Below, in pieces: positions 26,297 to 36,995 of a stretch of 64,000 nt of DNA; position 1 is the stretch's first letter; each line of letters opens with the position of its first letter. The notes under the pieces are model-generated. The model saw only the letters and a program-made list of their open reading frames with translations, was not told the DNA's origin and made no database searches. Source of the stretch: Paraphysomonas bandaiensis (taxonomy: Eukaryota; Protista; Chrysophyceae); the NCBI GenBank assembly GCA_965644295.1, contig CBFFRP010000410.1, positions 248,001 through 312,000 on the forward strand. Direction: 5' to 3'. The translations under genes and the position numbers were made by a program.

Positions 26297-28789
26297 TCAA
26301 TCAGTTCTGTCGTGTCTGCAATACAATGTCAGCAAATCAATACAAATATTGTATGCAATATATGCCAAAATATATACCTGCTGAGGTGAGCTAAGAGCTG
26401 TTGTCTCTGTCTCTCACTGAGCTGATGGATCACACACATCCTATACACGAACTCCCGAGTGCTAGATTGAGGGCAGCCCAACTCCATCATGGAGTGTGCA
26501 ATCGCCATGACTTGGCTGAATATTACGTCATGTACACGGCACACTGCCTCCATGCGATCACTATTCGTTGGAAGATCGTGCCAAGCTACACCATACTGAA
26601 TCATCTGCAGCTTCACAGCAAGTCAACACAAAACGTAACTCACACTGCCGTATACCTGCTCCAATACACATTGCCACAGCGCTTGCTCCCAAAATCTACC
26701 CTCCTGCCATATGGGATGCGCGATAACGATTTCTTTTAGGTATTGCCTTCTCCCTTCCCCATCGGACTCCCTTCGTGAATTATCACTTTCCTGGGTCTCG
26801 GAATCCAGTTCTTCCCCTGCTGCTTCATTACCTTCACAACCACCTTGATTATCATCCGTTGATTTGTTTCTTCTTTGCGAATTACTTTCGACCTCCACCA
26901 CCCTATAAAACGTCTGCAGCGTGGTCAAATGATGACAACATTGAAAGAATGTGTGCATACTTGGCTTAGGATCATAACTATCTTCCCATTGTGGACGTCG
27001 TTCGATGTTCTACATTTGTTCAGAAGGCTCCAGAGAACAGCTCCAAGTAATTTGAAACCGATCCCAACATCAACCTACCCAGCAAAAATTAGCACAGAAA
27101 ACCAGATACAAAGTCACAACCTTTTTGCTCCGAAATTGGTTTAAAACATTTACAAGTAATTTCCTGCCGTCGAGAGTAGAGCTCATGGCAATAAGACGAG
27201 ACATGGCATATTTAAGTTCTTCCGAAGCTGAAAAGCTCTTTCGTGTAGCTGGCCGTTGATTATTTTCTTGAGAGCCATCCGAGGAGCTGCCGGAAGATTG
27301 TATGTTGTCGTGGTTTACATCCTTATCTGCGTGCATGCCAACTATCTGTGCCGGTGTAGCGTCCTTTGGTATTTCCGCCGGCCACTCTGCCAGAAAGAAT
27401 ATCTTAGAGAGATGCATTGTAGTCTCTTCCATCGAGCATAGGGAAGGAGAAGTACTTCTAATGGGCACGGAGGGGGGTTCTATAGATTCCTCCATAGGGA
27501 ATTCTGCTGGGGCAGGCTGCGGGCCGGGAAGCGGCTTTCCCATGCTGAAACTTGGGATGTCGGCCGCAAGTTCCTGGTTCTGTTTATCAAGAACATGCAC
27601 GTCAAGTATGCTCAATGCTTGACTACACAACACAAGTTCCCCCTTTTCATCCTCAGAGTAGGAGCGAATAAACTCCGCCTCGTCATCCTCAACACTAAGT
27701 CGCTCCACCGCTGCATCCAACTTATCTACTACAACCTGCCGAGCCGCCAGAGCCTCCCGCTCCCGATCAACTAATTTCCGCAGTGTATTCCCGATCGCTT
27801 CTTTGCACTCCTTGTTGAGTCGTTGAAAGGCCCGCCGACTGGCAGCCAAAACTTGGTCCCGAAAGGCCATGGCGTTTAGCAAATCCCGTACACATTCCCT
27901 AACCTCCCGCTCCTGCCTTAAAATCAATTCGTCGGTCTCTTTGCACTTTTCGCTCCTGTCCTCCGATGGAGCAGCCTGTGTGGGCGCAGAGGTAGACACT
28001 GTGTTGGGACTCGACGGAGCAGAGGTTCCAAACCGATATGAGGACAATTTCGACACAGGGTTACTGGGATTTTCGCCTGTCTCCATCCTGTAGTACAACT
28101 GTCAAAGCGGCGTGCAAACACATTAAAAAAAACCTGCGCTGCTGCAACTGAAGTTTTTGAAGGCTTTCTTTCGACTTCATTAGAGCCTTCTCCGCTGTAT
28201 TTACATCGCTCTCAGCAGCCGCTATTTCTCGCTGACAGGAGTTTACGATACATTAAGTGATAGATGATACACACCGCACCTGAAAATCACTCGCTCTCTT
28301 CTGCGCATCGACTTTAACATCGGCTAAAAATCGTTTAAGATCTCCAAGTGAAAGTTGCTGTCTGGCTTGCTGCAACTCCTGTTCAACAAACACGAATAGC
28401 GCATCTAACGCCTGTCGTATCGTTCCTTCACTCTCTTGAAATGAATCAAATGACGATCGTGCCTTTCCCAAAGAATCTAAAAACTTTGAAAACGCTTGCA
28501 GTCTTTCATCAAGAATATGTTCAAATGACTTGACCATCAGAATATTCTTATTCGATTGATCCACAATACGATCTTGACTGAGTTGTTCATATGTTGGTTT
28601 CAATTCAATGGATTCATTAAAGTCTTTCTGGTAAGACATGTGCTCGGCGTGCTCATAGTTAATCTCTTCGATGAACTTCGCTAACTCTGACTTCTGTCTT
28701 TCTTGGAAGAGATATTTAACAGGCCATGACCCGTTCATGCCGAGCATAACACCTGCACTGGCGATGCCCTTCTTTGTCTTCGAGATCAT
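26297..28789 (-). CDS. Coiled-coil (possibly BAR-like) + SBF1/SBF2-domain-like protein
   Basis: Joins ORFs 28253..28789, 27070..28098, 26623..26958 and 26329..26616 through GT-AG introns. HPIWQEGRFWEQAL and ..MAIAHSMMELG.. resemble the SBF2 domain. Last exon RHDRTD* has its stop at 26297-26299. Confidence 0.65.
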
Positions 28790-29385
28790 GAGATGTATGT
28801 ATGTATATGTATGTGTGTATGTATGTAGAGGTAATAGGGGCTAATGGAGGTGAGGGAGAGGGTAAGATACTTCACTTGGTTTCTCTGTAGTCATGCAGGA
28901 GATGCGAGAGGGTTCAGTGAGGAGGTGGAGGTATGTTTGTGTTGGTATGTGTATGTGTGTATAATTATGATGATGAGATCTGTTAGCTGCTGTGCGTATG
29001 CTATGCACTGTATGCCGTATGTATGTATATACCGAGGAGGTGTACCGGTATACTATACAATGACATACACATACTGTACATCTCTACTGTAGTTATGTAC
29101 CGGTGGACCTCTACAGCAGTACATATACTGCTAGAGCTGTATACCGGTATACGGCGGTATTGTTGTACTAGGAATTCCTTATCGGAACTTTTCAGTTCAA
29201 TGCTACACGACTTGCTGCATATGTTTGTATGTGTATGTATACAGAGAGCAGGAGAGCAGAGCGCTATATGATACACACGCAGGCCAGATGAAGATACATA
29301 CATACATATATATGTGTACATTATTCTATCAACCGGATAACAAACAGACATAATCAGACCAGTAGTACAGACTCCCATAAGAAAT

Positions 29386-30508
29386 ATGAACGATTCACGT
29401 CAAGTACGACTACAACAAGCAGAAAGGATTGACAACATGTACGCCTCCACTGCCCTCTATTCACCCTGTGTATCCCTCTCTCTCACCTCCATCATATCAG
29501 GTCAGGAGCTCTCGTTAAGATAGGAGTCAATGCCGTCAAGAAGAACCCAGTCATGTTCTCCTCCTATGCGATTGGTGTCATTATCTGTATATTTTTTTCG
29601 GGTGTTGCTCTCACTATAGAGCAAAAGAATCAATTCGAATTAGATTTAGCTAAAATAGATTATAGATCACTGGATGATGCTACTTTAGACTATGAGGAAG
29701 CGTATCGCAGATATTCTAATGCAAAGGGTTTTTTTTCTTGTGATTCAGTGTGCCAAGAATGGAAAGAAATTGCAGACTCTAGAAGGTTTATACGGAGGTA
29801 TCATGAGCTGGTGAGTTTCTAACACACACTTGTAGACGTAGGGTTGACTCATTGCAAGCTGATATTGACAAGCAACTCTCTGATGCGAAATCTAAACTGG
29901 GTATGGGTCATGACACCTTAGTCAGAAATTCGGGATAATGTGAGGTATGTGCAGGGTTATTTTCAGAGGTTGGAGTTGGTGAAGCGCGGGAGTTATTCTG
30001 GAGGCGATTTGGTCAAGGTTTGATATGTACACTTTCATCATTGTATATGTGTAAAAATTTCATTTATACGTAGGAAAACAATTCGCTCAGCGACAAACTA
30101 AGTGGGATGCCCTGTTTATGGGCATTGGGGCAATGCGTCGTGACGAGGGGTTAGTTGGGTACCTCCTCCGTTTACTACTATCCATGCTTTTCAATTTTAC
30201 TATCGGTATGTAGTTACCGCGTTTATCTATGTATGTCGCACTGTAACCGTGACGTAGGCATGGTTGGTTCGGTGATTGGGTTTATGTGGTCGCTTTATTC
30301 GGTCATTGCTTCGTATCAAGCAAGTATTTGGGCGGCATTGGTGTTCTTTGGGTTTGCCTCACTAGCTGCAGTGTCATTTGCATTGACTTGGGTATTTGGT
30401 CTATATGCTGCGTCTGCGGGAGCTGTGTATGTGACCGCTAAACTTATCGCCTCTAACATGAGACTAGAGGATGGAACTCAACCACGACGCAGAGTTCATT
30501 TTGATTGA
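29386..30508 (+). CDS. Multi-exon hypothetical membrane protein
   Basis: MNDSRQVRLQQAERIDN|..., a first TM (SYAIGVIICIFFSG), FFSCDSVCQ, AQRQTKWDALFMG and three C-terminal hydrophobic helices; canonical short introns. Confidence 0.7.
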
Positions 30509-30922
30509 CGATGTCGATTTTAGTAGTTCAATGTAATCAATGATATTATCAAATCTTAGATATCCGCAATCTTATGTAGTAAAAGTAATTCAACATAAGA
30601 TAGTTATAGCAAGGGACATTGAGCAGCTACATATAAGAATCCGACTTTGTTGAATGCTTTTTTAAGTCAAATTCGCCAGTCATTTGTCATTTGGTACTAA
30701 TACTGTAATCCTGAGGACCACCGATGTCGCTACCTTATAATGCATCTGAAGTAATATTAAATAACGTAATTATTAATCACCACTTCTGTATGCTACAACA
30801 ACGACAAACTATATATATCGTGAATTTTATTTATATCAATGCGTCCTCAACATGTTCGTCAGGTGAATCGACAGGTTTGAGACATCAAAAGTATACTCAA
30901 TTTGAGATCTCAAAATCTCTTC

Positions 30923-32536
30923 CTACACAGCCATTTTCATTTTAATGGCAGCGTGCGGCTCATACCCCTCAATAGTGAAGTCGGAGTATTCAAACGAGTC
31001 AATATCTGTAACATTCGGGTTGATGCGTAACTTCGGGAAAGCCCTGGGAGCTCTCTTGATTTGCTCTTTCAGAGCATCCACATGGTTAAGATAGACGTGT
31101 GCATCACCTATACAGTGCACAAAATCTCCAGCCTTGAGCCCACATACTTGTGCGACTAGTCGGGTAAGTAACGAATAGGAGGCAATGTTAAAAGGTACTC
31201 CTAGGCCCATATCTGCCGATCGCTGGTACATCTGGCAGCTTAGTTCTCCGTTGGCGACATAAAATTGACAAAACATGTGGCAAGGAGGGAGAGCCATGAG
31301 CGCTAAGTCCGCAGGATTCCACGCTGTGAGGACGATTCTCCGGTCAGTTGGATTAGTTTTAATCTTCTCGATACACTGCTTGAGCTGATCAACGCCCTTA
31401 CCACTATAGTCAGCGTGCATGTCTTCGTATGTGGCGCCAAAGTGTCTCCACTGGAAACCATACACCGGTCCAAGGTCTCCCTCCTCTCTGTGGGTTAGGC
31501 CAAGGTTATCAAGGAACTCGCGCGATCCGTTACCGTCCCATATATGGATATTCTTCTCAGCGAGCTCATTGGCGTTAGTACGTCCTCTCACAAACCAGAT
31601 AAGTTCTTCTGCCACGCCACGCCAAAACACGCGCTTCGTAGTGAGAAGAGGGAATTGATCATCCCTCAGACTGAAACGCATCTGCATTCCAAATAAAGAA
31701 AGTGTTCCTGTGCCGGTTCTATCACCTCGCTCAACTCCACGAGTGAGAATGTCCTTCAGTGCCTGTAAGTATTGGTTTTCTTCATGGTTACAACACAAGC
31801 TAGGGGATGAGAGGCCTAATTCCATATCATATATTCGCTCAAACTCGGTGAAACGGTACATAAACCCATTCTCCTCACAAGATGATGATCGATAAGCGAG
31901 ACGGTACTTATCTGCGGGAATGGTGGGGAAGAAAGTGTCACAGTCAGGGACAGGAGTTTCGATAGATGTCAAGTAAATGCGTTCGCACATTGGAAGCGCA
32001 ACAGCCTCACGATAGACAGATTCACCGCCAATAACATATACTTTATCAATTGTTGGCACCATATCAGCCGCGGAAAGCATCCTCAAAGCTTCGATCAATG
32101 ATGGAGCGACCATAACAGTGTCAGGAAGAGATAGAGCCCTGCTGTACGTAAGTATAATATGAAGCTACTTCATAACTTACTCTTTGATCTGTGGATTTCT
32201 GCTCAACACAACATTGACTCTGTTCTTTAGGGGTCTGAACTTGACGGGAATGGACTGCAGCAGATGTGAGTGTACAGCTCGAACAGCAATGAACAGCACG
32301 TCACCTCCCATGTTTTGCGCCCCATAATAATAGCATTCTGAGTTGATTGAGCGCATGTTGTTGATACTTGCTTGAAGAATGCTGTATCTCCTGGAATACG
32401 CCACGGTAGACTTCCTCCCTTACCGATAGCTGATACACGTACATAGAAGATCACCGGAGTGTACATATACATACATACACTCACCGTATGTATCTGCAGT
32501 AGCAGCTACTAATATTCCGAATCTCTTCATCTCCAT
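30923..32536 (-). CDS. DHFR-TS: Bifunctional dihydrofolate reductase-thymidylate synthase
   Basis: DHFR motifs [24 protein letters not shown]|[24 protein letters not shown]; TS motifs [46 protein letters not shown] at 32536; three introns. Confidence 0.97.
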
Positions 32537-32971
32537 CTGTATCTCTGAGTACTCTCTCTGAATATGGTCTGCTGTGATAAGTGTTCTGATATCATGTGTG
32601 TGTATCTGTACATACATGTATGTATCATACACAGTGTCGTGTAGCACACAGCAGTACGGACACACCTTTACTCTGCTTTGAAATCCGAAATTCGAATTAT
32701 GACAACCGGATCTCTACCGGACACACTATGCCGGACATGTAGCCCGTTTGGACATCCCGAAATCTCGTCTTGTAGTTCCTAGCAGGAGTGCATCCCGCAT
32801 CGTAGTATACGACTGTACCATACTGTAGTATAGATATATATATACGCGATCAATATGCATACAGAGCAGTACATTCCACAGTCGCCCACAGCCAAGCTGT
32901 CCCAGTTAACTCCTACACCGGGATTAGAGCAATTGATCAAGATCAGATAACAGTAATTATACTCTCTATCA

Positions 32972-33725
32972 ATGACTGAAGTTGTGGAGATCAGTGATCT
33001 ATTGGTGAAGCCTCAGTGGTAATAATGCCTGTTGTTTGCAGTCTATATATGTATATATGTGTGCTAATGACTGTATGTGATCAGCTTCTGTCTTAACCAG
33101 CACCCGTCTCATCCTTTCTCGAACCTCTTTGTTGGTGATGAAACTCTATATCTTCGAAGTGATGTTGATGGTCAGTTATGTTGCAGTGTGTATATATGAT
33201 CCTCATCGCAGCATTGTGCAGAGCAACTCCTAATTAATTTGGTGTTTCGGACAACTGTCAGACTACACGCACTCAACTTTGTAGCTCCTGATGATGGTAA
33301 TCTAATGATATTCTTTCCTGTAGTATTCTTAATTATTACAGAGTCTGCACCAACTGGTATAAAGCTGTTCACTAACCTGCAGAACCCGGGATTTAGCGAC
33401 GTTGAGGATGTGGAGCCTGTCCAAAAGCTTCTTCTTGAGCCAAGTGACTTTCATCCAGATCATAAAACTAATCTCAAGCTTGTCAAATTTTTACACGTTA
33501 ATAGGTTGTATTTTTGACGTGATGGTATTCATCTTACACTTTTTCACAGCTTGACAATATACGTTGATGAAAATGGTGGAGAAGAATTCTCAACATTGAG
33601 CGGGTTGAAGGTAAAGTTATAATATGTAGACTTCGATAGGTATTTTAATATTGTGATAGATATATGGCCACGCACTCGATAGTGTTAATGTTGCGGCAAT
33701 TCATGAACGCAGGAATGAAGAATGA
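32972..33725 (+). CDS. PITH-domain (proteasome-interacting thioredoxin) protein
   Basis: Spliced product LYLRSDVD|EQLLINLVFRTTVRLHAL...SAPTGIKLFTN...GFSDVEDVEPVQ...LKLVKFLHVN|SLTIYVDENGG is a canonical PITH pattern; stop at 33723-33725. Confidence 0.9.
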
Positions 33726-34215
33726 GTACTATACGTACAGTGAAGATCTGTGCGCATTGCTAGTATTAAGTTGTAATAATATGCAGCGATAGCGTTAATT
33801 TCTGTAACTGTTCCAGTAGAGAAATGAATTTATGATCATACTTATTTTGATAGTTTGGGTGCTAAGGTAGGTCGCATTTACAGATACGTTCTGCAGAAGT
33901 TTGTAGAAATGATTACATAGCGTAAAAGTGCTGTAATAGGCTAGAATGAAATTAAATCGTTAGATTGCATTGAGAAATATAACGTTAACGAGCTTGCATG
34001 ATTCCACTGAAGAGGTACATATAAAATACAAATTCTTTGAGTGATGGGTCCTTCGTGTTACCACACAAATACACAAATGTAGTTTCAAGTATACAGCCAA
34101 CACAAGTGGTCAATGAACCGAAGATGCCCCATATTGACAGCGTAACTAATCACTGCGTGCGGCCCTCTAGTGAGTGCTGCGACCACGCACCTCTATCTAT
34201 GTACACATTGCATAG

Positions 34216-35920
34216 TACTGCTGGAAATTGCTCATTTTAAGCTAGATCTCAGAGAGAATATGTCGTTAGACTACTAGATAGATTTATTATTTATTATTTA
34301 TTAATAACATTTACGCGAAGTTGTGATAAACAACACTAACTCATTTTGTTCCATGCATAATCTCCTACATATGTTGACCTCTCGTTACTAAACATATCTT
34401 GAAAGATCGAACTATTTCAGTTTCTCAATATCATCACAGCATTTGTACATCACTATATTTCACTGTATTCTCGTACATTGTCTTCAAGTGACATACTGAA
34501 TATACTAGAATAAGATCCATATTCTTATACTCCCACTCAATGTAGAATGCAGTGAGATAAAGCAACAGTGATCACAATAATCTGATAATGCTATGACTAT
34601 CTAGTCCCATAGGTAAAACAGATGTGAAATCTTTTAAAGATACATATATAACTAGCAGTCAACTAGATATACAGTTATGTGGGATTTTCACCCACTAAAA
34701 CACACCTTTAACCTCTTCGGGGTCGTTTCTTCTGCTGCTCCTCCACTCTGTTAGACACACTTCTCTTAACCCCGGTAATCGTTTTCTCATGACGGCTGAA
34801 GATCTTCGTTGACAATGCCTTTGTAAAAATATCGGCCGCCATATCATCCGTAGATACATGAATCAACTTTGCTGTAGGAAATTTTCCAATAACATGTTCT
34901 CTTATCTAGTGATACTTGATGTCAATATGCTTCGACCTCTTATGATACACTGGATTTTCGGAAAGATACTTTGCACTCTTACTGCTCATAAAGAATGGAG
35001 TCGGCTTCGCTACCAAGAGTCCGAGCTCCTTGAACACCCCCCGAAGCCACACCAGTTCTTGCATAGCCGCATACTCCGCCATATACTCAGATTCCATACT
35101 TGAAGTCGCAACTGTGGTCTGAAGATTGGACTGCAAGGCCAAAATGCCCACACATAGAAACACGATATATCCCGTTGTGGACCTCCGAGTCATCCTATCA
35201 CCAGCCCAGTCTGAGTACTGAATACATGTAAATCAAACTCACTCCCACTGAATCTGATGCCCTCATCAACTGTACCACGTAAATATTTCAACAAATGAAT
35301 AGCTAATCTGCAAGCCGCATATGTTGGAGAAGTGCTAAATCGAGCCAATAACCCCACAGCATAAGCTAGATCAGGTCTAGTATGAATCGCCATATTCAAC
35401 ACCACTCCAATAATTCCTGTATACGGAAATGATGCAACCCATTGCTTCTGCTCCTCCGTCAGCTCACGTTGCTATGCCAAAAAATCCTGAACATCGGTAT
35501 TGTGTGGAGTCTCCTTGTTCTTACTGCTCTTTCCCATAAATGAACTGAATTTCTTAACGATATTCTTGGCATACTCAGATTGATCAAACATATACCAGTT
35601 ATCACCTCGTGTGATCCTGATATTCAAAATCGTTTACACACACCCAGACCGTGCATCTCAAACGTTTCGCAGAACCTACGCTTAACACTTTCTAAGTAGG
35701 TGAGATCAGCAGACGCAATTATGTTATCATCTACATATATCTACAATACATGCAATTTTCCGTTACTCCATCTCATATATAAGCATGTATCCAAAATGCA
35801 AGCAGTAAAATGTAACGACTAAATAAACTTTTCAATATGTCGCGGTGAGGACCTCAATGCCTTGATTAATTGAAAACACCATCCTGCTGGCAATACCTCA
35901 TCAGGTGGTGGTGCCATGTG
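34216..35920 (-). mobile_element. Degenerate Ty1/Copia RT-RNase H fragment with putative PPT and 3' LTR
   Basis: YVDD (~35725), TRPDLAYAVGLL, RRSTTGYI..QTTVATSSMESEY..HKRSKHIDIKYH, with stops and frameshifts. PPT-like TTGAGTGGGAG (34540-34530) is followed by a possible TA...TA LTR at 34529-34216. Confidence 0.88.
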
Positions 35921-36995
35921 TGCCACCGGGTGCAGAATGTATATGGAATGAATATGTAAATATGATAACAAAGTATCAAATGCAAAGATGAATATGTTTA
36001 TTACTATGCCCGGCAGCTGCCTGAGCTCCCTCAAGCACCTATCTGAAGACGCCTCCTCAAAAGTGTTAAAAAGCAAGTCTAGTAACTTATTAATTACAGC
36101 ACATATAACACAAACAACTCATTGAGAACCATTTACATTCTATGAACTATCTAGAAATACAACAGAGAACACAGAACAATATTCTACAAAAGATTCCACA
36201 AGATTTGGTTGATTATGTGGAGATATCCACGTTCTGGAAGATTCACGTAGAGGCCTATAGGAAGAGCCTTAAACCAACTCAACAGCCACAGACCAAAAAT
36301 GCAGTGACTAGCCAATCAGCGTTCAGCAGTAATTCATAATACAGCAGCTGTATACCTATAACTGTATCACTGCGTTCTATTCCATACAGTATACAAAGCA
36401 GTATAATCTGAGTACACCAATCAGATCTCTCCATTGTTCACACAGCAGTATAGGTATATATAGAGAGAGAGTGAAGTGTGTCTTCATTCGAAGATGCAAA
36501 CTGTACACACTTCGTAATACACACAGTCCTCTAGAGCCCCTGTAGCATATTAACCTCACTGGTCTTTAAGGAGTACCTCTCTCAAGATTCGGTGAGGTAC
36601 TCCTGCACACTCCCACTGCTGTATATCTATAACAACAACGTTAGCTCATAAAGGCTGTACTCTGTATTGTGATTATACGTGTATATGGTATACGTATATT
36701 GAGGTATACATATACAGCAGCAGTATATACTGACCGCAACTGTGTGTTCATATCTTTGCATGTTGAGATTGTTTTGTCCATAGTTGGAAAAAGATGGTGC
36801 TTTAGAAACTCTACAGATGTGTATATACAAGTTGGACGTATCTTTTCGAATATTCTACTAGTGGGGCAACACAATCATGCTCCACCACTTAGTCATGTTG
36901 ATGCTGCGTATCTTCTCTCTGTATATTCATATCTATACGATCTCATTATATTATCATACACTCAGAGCATCACAACTACACCACAAGTTACACAC

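Noticed and set aside
35938-36109. Possible small solo LTR (TGTATATG...CATATAACA)
   Set aside because: No TSD and no second copy in the window.
36669-36995. 109-aa N-terminal extension of the 869-aa ORF
   Set aside because: Non-ATG start and TA/CA-rich promoter-like composition; the first ATG is at 36996.
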